64,000 nt of DNA from an uncultured Chloroflexia bacterium (GCA_963695715.1 CAVOHP010000026.1:818-64817), one strand, 5' to 3'; numbered from the stretch's first letter, positions 40,854 to 50,859 are shown. Notes: generated by a model not told the origin, from the letters alone. Numbers and translations: made by a program.

Positions 40854-42941
40854 TTATTTAACCCAGATAGGGGAATAATCCTCAAAGGACGACGTGAACA
40901 GAGGTCGCGGGTTGCCGCCATCGGCGTTCATAATCCATATCTGGCGGCGACCGCTGCCTCGATTTGACGTGAAGACGATCTGTGAGCCGTCGGGCGAATA
41001 CGAGGGATGCTTGTCCCATTCCCAGTCATTGGTGGTCAGCCGGCGTAGCCCGCTGCCGTCGCGGTTCATGACGTATAGCTCATCGTTGCCCGCCTCTTGC
41101 GAGACGAAAGCGAACTGGGCGCCGCCGGGGCGCCAGGCAGGGTCATAACTGTCGTCGGCGAAATCGGTAACTTGCGAACGTTGATTGGTCCGGTTGTTGA
41201 TGACGAAGAGCTGGAATTTTCCATCCGCATCCGCCTCAACCGACAAGGACAGGACGCCGTCTCCGCTGGCCGTGCGTTTCTCTGCAGCCTCGGCCCGGTT
41301 GAAGACCCAGGGTTGTGTGACGAAGCCAAGCTGCCCGTTGGCAGGATCGTAGAGCCAGACGTTGCTGCCGGCCAGGCCCATCGGCGAGGGGCGGTCACTG
41401 AGGAAGAGAATCTTGCCGGTGACCTCACGCGGGGCGGCATCCGGGACGGGTGTGGCGGTTGGTCGGGAAAGGTCCTGGTAAACGATCAAGGGTACCGAGG
41501 TCGGGTACGGCGTGAAGGTCGGGGTGATGGCGCGCGCGGGTTGCGGCGTAAACGTGCCGGTGGTCATGGCGACCGCGGTGGCATAGCGTGATAAGGCCGA
41601 CGCCGTCGCGGCGTTGAGAGGGCGCGGCGTGGCCGTTACGAGCACCGGCGTCGGCGTGAGGGTGGCCAGCACGGCATTGTAAGGCAGCGGCGTCAGCGTG
41701 CCGACGGCGCGATCCCTGGCGGCGACGGTGAGCATCAGCACGGCGGCTGTGGACACATTCTCGGGCATCGGCGTCGGGATGACGATGAAGGGCGTGACGG
41801 CGCTCTCGGGCGTCGGGGTGTAGGTTCCAGTCGCCAGGGCGACTGCGGTCGCGTAGCCCGCTTCCGCGGTGGCGGTGGCATTGTTCGCGGCCGGCGGCGT
41901 GCCGGCGACAACCGGCGGGAGGCTGTAGAGAGAAGCGATCGCCTGCGCGGTCGCGATATTTCCTGCCACGGGGGTGGCCGTCAGGTAGCGGAGCACCGGG
42001 GTGGGGGCGCCGCCTTCGGCCGCGACCGCGGTGGCCGTCAGGGCATTGGCCGCTGCGGTATAGACATTCTGTGGCGTTGCAGGCTGCATACCGATGATGA
42101 TCGGCTCGGTGGGCAGCGGCGGGGGCGTGTCGGGCGGCTGGTCTATGTAAATGCGCAATTGCGGTCGTACCCCGCGGGTGGCGGGGCCAAATCCGCTGTC
42201 CCAGGCGAACAACGTGTCGTCGCCGCCGGTCGGCCCGGTGAGGCGCACCCAGAGCTCGGTTGAGCCGTCGAGAAGCTGCTGTTCGATCCAGTCCAGGGTT
42301 GAAGGATCCAACTGCCAGATGTTGGAGCCGCCCGCGGACAAATCAGCCGGGAAGAGGGTGGGCAAAAGACTTGCCGCCGCGGGCGCGGTGGAAATGGCCT
42401 GGTAGTCGGCGGCGCGGTAATCGGGCAGCGCGTTTTGCGCCAGGATTTGGGCGGACCAACTACCGCCGCTTTCGGGGTTCAGGCGGTCATCACGCAAACC
42501 GACCAGTTCCAGGTCTGCCGACAGGATGGGCGCGCCGCGCGGCACCCGACTGAGATCAAACCGCACGGCAGATACCAACGCGCTGTTCTCCGAGAAACCG
42601 GCGTACAGGAACGAATCACCGATGTGATTGCGGATGTCGTCGTCGCTGTCCCACCAGATGACATCTACCCCGCCTGGTTCGCTGGCGATCAGACGCCCGG
42701 GCGGAGGTTCGGTTGGCTGAGCCGGCGCGTCGGGCGCGTTCAGCGCATCGGTGGGCTGCGCGGGCGGTTCAGGCGTCAGCGCTTCCGGCACGGCGGTGGG
42801 GCTGGGCAGCAGCGCGGGCGGCGTGATGTCGGGCAGCCGTCGCTCAAGGGCGCAACCGGATAGCAGCCCGGTGAGTATCAGCAAGGCAAGCCAGAGAAGT
42901 GGTCGCCTGCGGGTTTGTTTTGATCGCGATGTGTGGCTCAT
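40854..42941 (-). CDS. lipoprotein with an N-terminal beta-rich domain, Ala/Thr/Pro repeat region and a C-terminal TolB-like (PD40) beta-propeller
   Basis: Internal Met of the intact ORF 40854..42995: MSHTSRSKQTRRRPLLWLALLILTGLLSGC (lipobox). It has five N(V/A/I)xTA...ATAVAxxTGT(Y/F)TP(T/Q)P-type repeats. The C-terminus reads DPAWRPGGAQFAFVS...YSPDGSQIVFTSNRGSGRRQIWIMNADG. Confidence 0.75.
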   Translation of the reverse strand: MSHTSRSKQTRRRPLLWLALLILTGLLSGCALERRLPDITPPALLPSPTAVPEALTPEPPAQPTDALNAPDAPAQPTEPPPGRLIASEPGGVDVIWWDSDDDIRNHIGDSFLYAGFSENSALVSAVRFDLSRVPRGAPILSADLELVGLRDDRLNPESGGSWSAQILAQNALPDYRAADYQAISTAPAAASLLPTLFPADLSAGGSNIWQLDPSTLDWIEQQLLDGSTELWVRLTGPTGGDDTLFAWDSGFGPATRGVRPQLRIYIDQPPDTPPPLPTEPIIIGMQPATPQNVYTAAANALTATAVAAEGGAPTPVLRYLTATPVAGNIATAQAIASLYSLPPVVAGTPPAANNATATAEAGYATAVALATGTYTPTPESAVTPFIVIPTPMPENVSTAAVLMLTVAARDRAVGTLTPLPYNAVLATLTPTPVLVTATPRPLNAATASALSRYATAVAMTTGTFTPQPARAITPTFTPYPTSVPLIVYQDLSRPTATPVPDAAPREVTGKILFLSDRPSPMGLAGSNVWLYDPANGQLGFVTQPWVFNRAEAAEKRTASGDGVLSLSVEADADGKFQLFVINNRTNQRSQVTDFADDSYDPAWRPGGAQFAFVSQEAGNDELYVMNRDGSGLRRLTTNDWEWDKHPSYSPDGSQIVFTSNRGSGRRQIWIMNADGGNPRPLFTSSFEDYSPIWVK

Positions 42942-43522
42942 TGGGTTCCTAACGCAGGTTGAGATACGTTTCGTTCGAGTGCATGATAAATCCAATCCAC
43001 TGCGGCTGGCAAGTCATCAACGATTGCAAACGCGTCGAGATCGGAAAGCACTGTGGATTGAAGCTGTGCGACGCCGCGCCCTGTGCGTACCATGATGGGA
43101 TAGACGCCGGCTGCGTGGGCGGCCTGGATATCGGATAGGGCGTCGCCGACCAGGAAGCTGTGCGTAAGGTCGAGGTGCAGGGCCTCGGCGGCCGCGAGGA
43201 CCAGACCGGGCGCGGGTTTGCGACAGGCGCAGCCCGCTTCCGGCGTGTGGGGGCAATACCACACGCCATCAATGCGGCCTCCGGCGGCTTGCACCTCGGC
43301 GACCATGCGCGTGTGGATGGCTTCGACGGTTTCCCGCGTCGCCAATCCCCGACCGATGATGCTCTGATTGGTGATGACCGCGATGGGCCATGCCAGGTTG
43401 GCCAGGCGACGCAGGGCGGCGAGCGCACCGGGTAGGAATTCGAACTCGGTCCAGGACTTGACGTGATCGGGACGGTTCGCGTTGATGACGCCGTCGCGAT
43501 CGAGCAAGATTCCCGGGCGCAC
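42938..43522 (-). CDS. gmhB: D-glycero-D-manno-heptose 1,7-bisphosphate 7-phosphatase (HAD-IIIA)
   Basis: Intact 194-aa ORF with LLDRDGVIN (DxDxT-type motif I) and CPHTPEAGCACRKPAPG (GmhB zinc-loop signature). Its stop overlaps the next start as ATGA. Confidence 0.85.
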   Translation of the reverse strand: MRPGILLDRDGVINANRPDHVKSWTEFEFLPGALAALRRLANLAWPIAVITNQSIIGRGLATRETVEAIHTRMVAEVQAAGGRIDGVWYCPHTPEAGCACRKPAPGLVLAAAEALHLDLTHSFLVGDALSDIQAAHAAGVYPIMVRTGRGVAQLQSTVLSDLDAFAIVDDLPAAVDWIYHALERNVSQPALGTQ

Positions 43523-43525
43523 CGG

Positions 43526-44920
43526 TCAGGCTGCCTCGGCGGTTCGGGGTGCGGCGATTCCCTGGGGTCGGCGCGCGTCTGCCCGGCGCGTGCGCAGGGG
43601 CCAGTCGCGCTGGGCTTGTTCGTATTTGGAAGGCGTGCCTATGTCCAACAGATACGCGTCATCCGCGAGGGTCCACCCATAGATGGATTTGCCCGCATCG
43701 AGCAGGGCCGGGAAGAGATGTAAGCCAAAGTCGTAGAAGGTCGCATCCGGGATTTGCTCCACAACCCAGGGTTCCATCACCAGCACCCCGGCCGAGGCGA
43801 GGTCGGTGAACACTTCTTCTGGTCGAGGTTTTTCGACGAAGCGATGGATGCGCCCGCGGGCGTCCATGTCTACCAGGCCCACTTCAGTCGGATTCGGGAC
43901 ATGATAGAGGCTCATCGTGATGGCGGTGTTCGGGTCGCGAATGACGTTCTCATGGTGATAGGCGATCAGCGCGGCCAGGTCGAGATCGGTCAGCACATCG
44001 CCGTAGACGATGACCAGCGGCGACGCGCCGGCAAATCCGTTCAGCTTGCGGACCGCGCCGGCCGTGCCCATCACGGGGTCTTCCAGGGAATAGGTGAGCT
44101 TTACCCCATGCGCCGCGCCGTCGCCGAAGTAGTCTGTGACGACCTGGGGCAAATAGCTGAGGTTGATGGCGATATCGGAGATGCCGTAATGCTTCAACCA
44201 GGCGATGGTGTATTCCATCATCGGGCGACCGGCGATCGGCAGCATCGGTTTGGGCCGGTCGAGCGTGTAAGGCCGGAGGCGCGTACCTTCACCGGCGGCG
44301 AGAATCAGCGCGCGCGGCGGCGTTACGCTGCGCTGCGAGATCGCGGCGATGCGCGCTTTCAGCGCAGTGGAGAGCATGTGGCTCAGGACCAGGTGCACGT
44401 CTTCCTGCTGGTAGATGGCGCCGATGGGGGAGAGGACACAGATATCCACTTCGCCGGCCATTTTACCGCCGGTGTCGCCGGTGATGCCGATGGTCGAAGC
44501 GCCGATTTCGGAGGCAAGGCGCAACGCGGTGAGCACGTTGCGACTGTTGCCGCTGCACGAGAAGGCGATGACGACATCACCCGGTCTGCAAAGCCCATGA
44601 AGTTGCTCGGCGAAGACGTGGTCATAATCGGAGTCGTTGGCCCAGGCGGTGATCAAGGGGACGTTATCGGCCAGCGAGACGGCGCGCAGACGGCGCTGCG
44701 TGGGGACAATGGTCAGTTTGTTGAGGTCATTGGTCATGTGCGAGGCCATGGCCGCGCTGCCCCCGTTGCCCATCAGGAAGACGTGACGCTCTTCGCGCCA
44801 GGCGCGCGCCAACTCATCAACAACTTGCTCCAGGCTATGGCGATCAATGTCTTGTAAAGCGATGTTAATGGCGGAAATGTAATCGTCAAAGAAGTTCTTT
44901 ACGCTGTCGGGTGATCCCAC
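43526..44920 (-). CDS. fusion protein: SIS-domain sedoheptulose-7-phosphate isomerase (GmhA-like) plus heptose-1-phosphate guanylyltransferase (HddC-like)
   Basis: Intact 464-aa ORF. The N-half has MGNGGSAAMASHMTNDL and FSCSGNSRNVL (GmhA-like). The C-half has ALILAAGEGTRLRPYTLDRPKPMLPIAGRPMMEY (sugar-1-P nucleotidyltransferase). Confidence 0.8.
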   Translation of the reverse strand: MGSPDSVKNFFDDYISAINIALQDIDRHSLEQVVDELARAWREERHVFLMGNGGSAAMASHMTNDLNKLTIVPTQRRLRAVSLADNVPLITAWANDSDYDHVFAEQLHGLCRPGDVVIAFSCSGNSRNVLTALRLASEIGASTIGITGDTGGKMAGEVDICVLSPIGAIYQQEDVHLVLSHMLSTALKARIAAISQRSVTPPRALILAAGEGTRLRPYTLDRPKPMLPIAGRPMMEYTIAWLKHYGISDIAINLSYLPQVVTDYFGDGAAHGVKLTYSLEDPVMGTAGAVRKLNGFAGASPLVIVYGDVLTDLDLAALIAYHHENVIRDPNTAITMSLYHVPNPTEVGLVDMDARGRIHRFVEKPRPEEVFTDLASAGVLVMEPWVVEQIPDATFYDFGLHLFPALLDAGKSIYGWTLADDAYLLDIGTPSKYEQAQRDWPLRTRRADARRPQGIAAPRTAEAA

Positions 44921-45046
44921 GAATTGTCTCCTCAGTTTCCTGGTGCGCGATTATGACCAACCAACCACGCACCGAATTCACCTGTACCACGGGGCATCGC
45001 CGTCAGGACTGGATGACGTTCCCCGGCTCGTTCATTCACGTTCTGT

Positions 45047-46520
45047 TCAGCGCCGGCGCATACTTTGCCGGACGCGCCTTGCCGATACTGCGACCGACTG
45101 GAACAAGATCTGAAGATCGAGCCAGGGGGTCCAGTTGCGGATATAGTACAAATCGAAGCTGCGCTCGTCTCCTGGCGACCAATAAGTCCAAACCGACCAG
45201 GGGCCGATCATCCCCGGCTTGAGGGTGCGCTGGTTGCGGGTGGCGCGTTCGTCGCGCGAGTCGGGGGTGGCGGGTTGGGCCCGTGGGCCGACGAGACTCA
45301 TTTGGCCGGCGACTACGTGAAAGATCTGCGGCGAGCGATCGAGTTCGGTCCGCTCGAGCCACCGACCGTGTATTGACAGCGACCCATCGGGGCGACGGGT
45401 GCGGAAACGGAGCATGCTCAGGACGGCGCCATCGGGGAGCAGGACCGGACTTCGACTGAAGACCGGAAGATGGCGATCTTCTAATTTGATGAACAACGCC
45501 AGTAAGCCCAAAAAGGGCAGCGTCAGCAGCAGCATCGGGACGCCCAGGCCATAATCGAGGGCTGCCTTGACGGCGGCGTCTGCGCCGACGAGCCGGGCAT
45601 CGTGAACCGTGAGCAGGGGCACGAACTGGCGGTTGGTGACGGCGACGCTGGTAGACATGATTTCATAGAATCCGGGAGAGAGCCGCATGGTGTAGTCGCC
45701 GTCGCAGTTGCCGTTGACGATGATCTCTTCGAAGGTTTCCCAGGCGATGGCGTTGGGCACGACGACCACTTCATCCACGTTGTATTGGCCGACGAGCTCA
45801 TGAAGGTTTCTGGGGCGGCCGAGGACTTTGACGCCTCCCCCGACATCCGTGCCGTAGGCTTTGAAATCGTCGAGAAAGCCGACGACCTCGATGCCTGACG
45901 AGGGGGAGCTGGTCCATTGATGCGCCATGGCGAGCCCCTGGTCGTTTGCGCCCACGAGCAAAACCCGGTTTGTGAGACGGCCGCGCCGGCGCAAGCCATA
46001 ACCGATGCGCCGGGATAGAAAGCGCTGGATTAGCAGGAAGGCAATGCTCAACGCCCAGGCCGTCATGAGCCAGCCCCGTGAAACGAGGGTAAACTGGTCG
46101 CGCCACAGGAATGAAAGCAAGACGATGGCAATGACGCCGCTCGTGCCGGCTTTGAAGAGCAGTTGATACTCTTTGATGCCCCCCAACAGATTGTCGCGAC
46201 TATAGAGTCCGAAGAAGGCAAAGAGCGCCAGCCAAATCGGTAAGCTGTAGAAGGAGAGCACGCGGTAGTCGCTTACGTTCTCCGGGCCATAATATTCGAG
46301 CAACCCGCTGGAGATGCGGAAGCTGTGGGCGAGCCAGAGGCTGAACAAGTATGGTGATGCTATCTATGACGACAAGGTAGGCGATGAAGGCGCGCCATTC
46401 GCGTTGAAGCTCCGGGCGTTCACCTTTGGCGAGCGTTGTCGCGCCGGCCTCCGCGCCCAGGGGCGCGCTGACCGGCAGGGTCGAGGGAATCAGCGATTTA
46501 TAGGGGCCATGACTGGCCAT
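45047..46520 (-). CDS. polytopic polyprenyl-phosphate glycosyl-1-phosphate transferase (WcaJ/WbaP/EpsB type), one frame change (about 46335)
   Basis: MASHGPYKSLIP...REWRAFIAYLVVIDSITI (ORF 46200..46520, GGAAAGGAG RBS) joins ORF 45047..46348 (TM region, VLLVGANDQG Rossmann-like middle, C-terminal sugar-transferase domain ...DLYYIRNWTPWLDLQILFQ). Confidence 0.8.
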
Positions 46521-47563
46521 AGGGGCAGCTCCTTTCCTGGCAGGGGCAGCCGCAGCCCGGCATTGAATAAGACTCGTGCGCCATCATATTCGAAAGAGTA
46601 TTCCATACGTCTGAAGTCCCCGGTTTCACGCAGGGCTGCTTCGACGCGGCCCGCCGCGCCATCTTCGCAGTACAGCATCAGGAAACCGCCGCCGCCGGCG
46701 CCTGTGAGTTTTCCGCCCAGTGCGCCGTTGGCCCGGGCGATGGCATAAAGATTGTCCACCTCGTCACTGCTGATGCCACGCGCGAAGCGTTTCTTGTGTT
46801 GCCAGGCCTCGTCGAGCAGCCCACCGAAACGATCGAGGTCGCCGCGCAGAAGGTAGATGCGCGCCTGAGTTGCCAGTTCCCGAACTGCACCTAACGCTTC
46901 GATCACGGCGGGGTCACGTGTTTCGCTGGACTTGCGCTGGCGCGACAAGATGTCCGCCGAATTGCGCGCGGAGCCGGTGAAGATCAGCACGAGATTGGAT
47001 TCCAGGCGTGCGATTGTCTCAGGAGGCAGATTCAGCGGTTCGGTGCGGATGCCGCGGCTGCTGAAAGAGTGCCAGTTGAAACCGCCCGTTGACGCCGCGT
47101 ATTGATCCTGGACCCCGATGGGCATCCCCAGCCGCTCAAGCTCGATTTCGCATGCGAGCGCGGCCAACTCGGCGCGGTCGAGGTGGCGACCACACGCAAC
47201 GGTGATGGCCTTGGCCAGCGCGACGGTGACGCTGGATGATGACCCCAGACCCGTGCCCGGCGGCACTTCCGAAGCGAGAAAGACGGAAATGCCATCCTCG
47301 ATGCCGAAGTGCTGGAAAACGGCGCGCGGTAGGCTGAGGTCGCCTTCCCAAAGGAGCGGTTGGCCGCGGGGATGCCGGTAGAATGTGCGGTAGTCGGAAG
47401 ATGTGATCTGCAGCGGGTGCCCTTGATTCACCGATAAGATGGCATAGACATACTTATCAATGGACGCACTGAGCACCGCTCCGCCGAATTCATTGTAGTA
47501 GGCGGGAAGATCGGTGCCGCCGCCAAAGAAGCTCACGCGCACAGGGGCGCGGGCGATTAACAT
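46490..47563 (-). CDS. hddA: D-glycero-alpha-D-manno-heptose 7-phosphate kinase (GHMP family)
   Basis: Intact 357-aa ORF with RAPVRVSFFGGGTDLPAYY, PPGTGLGSSSSVTVA and GKLTGAGGGGFLMLY (GHMP motifs I-III). Confidence 0.8.
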   Translation of the reverse strand: MLIARAPVRVSFFGGGTDLPAYYNEFGGAVLSASIDKYVYAILSVNQGHPLQITSSDYRTFYRHPRGQPLLWEGDLSLPRAVFQHFGIEDGISVFLASEVPPGTGLGSSSSVTVALAKAITVACGRHLDRAELAALACEIELERLGMPIGVQDQYAASTGGFNWHSFSSRGIRTEPLNLPPETIARLESNLVLIFTGSARNSADILSRQRKSSETRDPAVIEALGAVRELATQARIYLLRGDLDRFGGLLDEAWQHKKRFARGISSDEVDNLYAIARANGALGGKLTGAGGGGFLMLYCEDGAAGRVEAALRETGDFRRMEYSFEYDGARVLFNAGLRLPLPGKELPLWPVMAPINR

Positions 47564-48226
47564 TCAGTATGCGCCCTTTCCAAATAACACTGCCGGCAGG
47601 GTCAGAAGCAGGATTTTTATGTCTTGCCAGATATTGCGGGTGCGGATGTACTGGACATTCAGGAGCACGCGATCCGCATAGGGCAGATCGGCGCGTCCCG
47701 ATATTTGCCAGAGTCCGGTGATGCCGGGCCTGACGCTCAGGAGTTCATCGGCATGAGCGCCGAAGCGAACGAGTTCGGGCGGCGAAATCATCCGCGGGCC
47801 GACCATGCTCATCTCGCCGCGTAGCACGTTGCCGAGTTGCGGAAGCTCATCAATGCTGAAACGACGCAACCAATAGCCGACCCGCGTTATACGCGGATCG
47901 GTTTGCAGTTTGCCATCTTGTTGCAGTTGCTCCAGGAGGTCGGGCCGGGCAGCCAGGATCGCGTCGCCGTCTATCCGCATGGTGCGGAACTTGAAGGCGT
48001 CGAATTGGGTTCCGTTGAGACCCAACACACGACGCCGATAAAACACCGGCCCGGCGCTGTCGGTTTTGATGAAGAGCGCGACGAAGGGCAAAAAGGGTAT
48101 CAGGAACAGCAGGCTTAACCCCGAGACGACGATGTCGAGCGCGCGCTTCAGCCCGCGGTCAAAACCGCCGGCCGAGTTTGTCGTGTCTTGGGGCGATAGT
48201 CGATTATCTATCGACGCTTTCTCCAT
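47564..48226 (-). CDS. small monotopic phosphoglycosyl transferase (PglC/WbaP-C-terminal type sugar transferase)
   Basis: Internal Met (48226) of ORF 47564..48487: MEKASIDN...KRALDIVVSGLSLLFLIPFLPFVALFIKTDSAGPVFYRRRVLGLNGTQFDAFKFRTM...DELPQLGNVLRGEMSMVGPR...GITGLWQISGR. Confidence 0.8.
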   Translation of the reverse strand: MEKASIDNRLSPQDTTNSAGGFDRGLKRALDIVVSGLSLLFLIPFLPFVALFIKTDSAGPVFYRRRVLGLNGTQFDAFKFRTMRIDGDAILAARPDLLEQLQQDGKLQTDPRITRVGYWLRRFSIDELPQLGNVLRGEMSMVGPRMISPPELVRFGAHADELLSVRPGITGLWQISGRADLPYADRVLLNVQYIRTRNIWQDIKILLLTLPAVLFGKGAY

Positions 48227-49421
48227 AAATCCCTTCGATACGGGCGGCAATGGCGTCCCACTCGTGATGCGCTTCGACGTACTCTCGGCCTGCCTGCCCG
48301 ATGCGCCTGGCAAGCTCCGGATTCGAGAGCAGATGGACGATCTGCTCAGCGGCCTGGGCGGCGTCATCGAAGATGAGGAGCTGCTCACCCTCGATTGCCG
48401 AAAAGGCCGCCGTGGCGCGCCGCGCGGCGACCACCGGCGTGGCGCAAGCCATGGCTTCGAGAATCTTGTTCTGATTCCCCGCGCCATACACGATGGGCGC
48501 GACGCTCACGGCTGCATGTTGTACATATGAGCGGATATCCGGCACACTCCCCGTGATGGTGACGCGCTCCGGGTATGGCGCTGCTGCTTTGTAAAGCGCG
48601 GGGTCAGGATCTTTCCCCACGATCCACAGGTGGGTATCAGGACGTTTGTACCATACCTGCGGCATGATTGACGAGAGTAAGTGTAGTGCTGCGGTGATAT
48701 TTGCATGATAACTCATTTTGCCGGAAAACACCAGCGCGGAAGGATCACGCGTTTCGATGCCCGGTGTGAAATAGGCGAGGTCTACGCCGTTCGGGACGAC
48801 TTCGACGATTGGGGCGAGCGATGATGCGCGCGACGTGGCGGGTAAAGCCAGCAGGGCTTGCCGATCAATCGCAGATGTGATCAGGGTGCGATCCACACGG
48901 TCGCGCACCAGGGCTTCGAAACGTCTGGTGCGCTCCAGATCAAGACCGGTCAGCAAGCGCCAGCGCGGATTGCTGCTGTTTTTCGCCGCTTGCGCGAACA
49001 GATAGGAGATACAGTCCACGCTGTCCCAGATGACCGGAACCGGGCAGCCGGCCGCTTTGAGCTGCAAGGCATAGCGCGCGCCGCGCAGATGCTCAACGTG
49101 CACGACATCAAATTGGTTGGCGGCCGCGGCTGCGGCCAGATCATCGGCCAACGAAGGGAGCCACGAATAGGCGGCTTGTAACGACATGCCGGACGGCAGC
49201 GCAGCCAGCGCATTCCACATCGGTCGCCAACGGGGGGCGCGCCAGGCCCTTACCTGCGCGCCCAGCGACGCCAGGCGGTCGGCGTCCTGACGCTCGTCCT
49301 CTCCGGTGTATTGCGTGAACACGGTTACCGCATGCCCGCGGTGGAGCAACGCCCGGATGATATTGTAGGGTCGGGCGCGGATCAGATTCGGCACGTAGGG
49401 CACGACAAAGGCGATCCGCAT
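48204..49421 (-). CDS. glycosyltransferase family 4 (GT-B)
   Basis: Intact 405-aa ORF with a C-terminal ...GAGNQNKILEAMACATPVVA EX7E-type region. Confidence 0.8.
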   Translation of the reverse strand: MRIAFVVPYVPNLIRARPYNIIRALLHRGHAVTVFTQYTGEDERQDADRLASLGAQVRAWRAPRWRPMWNALAALPSGMSLQAAYSWLPSLADDLAAAAAANQFDVVHVEHLRGARYALQLKAAGCPVPVIWDSVDCISYLFAQAAKNSSNPRWRLLTGLDLERTRRFEALVRDRVDRTLITSAIDRQALLALPATSRASSLAPIVEVVPNGVDLAYFTPGIETRDPSALVFSGKMSYHANITAALHLLSSIMPQVWYKRPDTHLWIVGKDPDPALYKAAAPYPERVTITGSVPDIRSYVQHAAVSVAPIVYGAGNQNKILEAMACATPVVAARRATAAFSAIEGEQLLIFDDAAQAAEQIVHLLSNPELARRIGQAGREYVEAHHEWDAIAARIEGIYGESVDR

Positions 49422-49473
49422 GGGTTATCGGCTCCCGCGTTCCGTCATGCACGGTTCCCTGAGCGGAAGGAAT

Positions 49474-50859
49474 TCATTGACTCTCGCGATCCATGATGCG
49501 GACCATGGCGATGACCCCGCCGAGGAAAAGCCAACCCAGGTAGGATGATTTGAAGCCCACAAGCCCGACATTGTAGACGAAGGGCAATACCCAATCTCCG
49601 AATATCCCGGCGATCACCATGGCGGCCAATCCTCCGAGGCTGCCATAAATATAGCCGCGCGCAAACCCTTCGGGCGCTCGCGTCCCGGCGAGCCAGCTAA
49701 ACCAACCCATCGAAATCAGAAACCACAGATAGGCCAGAAGCCCCAGGATGCCGGCCTGCGCGACCATGTCTACATATTGATTATGCGAGTTGAACTGAAG
49801 GCCGTAATAGCCCGAGATCGGAAAGAGCGGCGTGTACCAGTAATAATTGGCGGGGCCGAGACCGAGGATCGGGTTTGCTTTGATGATTTCGACCAAGATT
49901 TGCCATGCCTGTACACGGGTGGTGTAGCTGTAGGCATCACCGGACAGGAGATTCTGAAGCGCCTGCGGGGCGAGCAACAGCGCGCCGGCGAGGATCAGAA
50001 GGAAGGTCCAGCGCGAGCGGAGGACGAGGATCACGAGGATACCGGCCAGCGCGGGCAGCCAGCCCGAAACCCAACCGGGCACGCTGACATACACGGCGTA
50101 CACCGCAATTGCGGCCAGTCCAGCGAGGCTGAGCCGCAAAATCGGATGGAGCCGGCGATTGAAAACGGCCTGGCCCAACGCAAGCGCCGGCAACCAGGAG
50201 AAACACTGGCTGCTGATCGAGCCGGGTTCGTAGAGCTGTAGCAGGTAGGGCTTCAAGGGGGGGATCAGAACACCGACGGCGAAAATCGAACCCAGGATGA
50301 GAAAGACGCTGACCAGGGCGATCAATCCGCGCTCGGTTTGCATCTGTTCGGCGGTGACGAAGAAGACGGCGACGGACACGAGCACGAGCGCCAGGCCGCC
50401 AAGTTGTGCGGTCAAGGGCGCCCGTCCTGCCAGGGGCATCCAGTTGCCCTGACCGACGAACAGGGCGACGATAAAGATGCCGGACAGCACCAGAAGGGCG
50501 ATTTGCGGTCTGGTCAGATGCGATGGTCTGCGACTCGGATCGGCAACGATGGTCGCGATCCATAACAGGGTGATGCCGATTGCCCACAGGAACGTGGCGC
50601 TGATTTCCGTGCGCGTGCCGGTGCCGATGCTGAATGGCACGAAGAAGGTGATCGGGATCAGCAGGATGGGACCGAGAGCAGGCCACCGAAGCAGCAGGAG
50701 AGCCACCATGCCCAGGCCCATGACGCCCAGGCCGACCAGGGGAAGCGTGGTAGAACCGCTGAGCGCAACCAGCGCGGCGATCAGCAGCACGGCGAGCGAG
50801 ATCGTGACGGTCGTCAGACGCAATGAAAGGGGCGAGGCGGTCGGCATACGTCGGATCAT
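49474..50859 (-). CDS. O-antigen ligase/polymerase-family (Wzy-like) polytopic membrane protein
   Basis: Intact 461-aa ORF with at least 10 hydrophobic segments and a large loop containing ...GLGPANYYWYTPLFPISGYYGLQFNSHNQYVDMVAQAGILG, typical of Wzy_C proteins. Confidence 0.7.
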   Translation of the reverse strand: MIRRMPTASPLSLRLTTVTISLAVLLIAALVALSGSTTLPLVGLGVMGLGMVALLLLRWPALGPILLIPITFFVPFSIGTGTRTEISATFLWAIGITLLWIATIVADPSRRPSHLTRPQIALLVLSGIFIVALFVGQGNWMPLAGRAPLTAQLGGLALVLVSVAVFFVTAEQMQTERGLIALVSVFLILGSIFAVGVLIPPLKPYLLQLYEPGSISSQCFSWLPALALGQAVFNRRLHPILRLSLAGLAAIAVYAVYVSVPGWVSGWLPALAGILVILVLRSRWTFLLILAGALLLAPQALQNLLSGDAYSYTTRVQAWQILVEIIKANPILGLGPANYYWYTPLFPISGYYGLQFNSHNQYVDMVAQAGILGLLAYLWFLISMGWFSWLAGTRAPEGFARGYIYGSLGGLAAMVIAGIFGDWVLPFVYNVGLVGFKSSYLGWLFLGGVIAMVRIMDRESQ

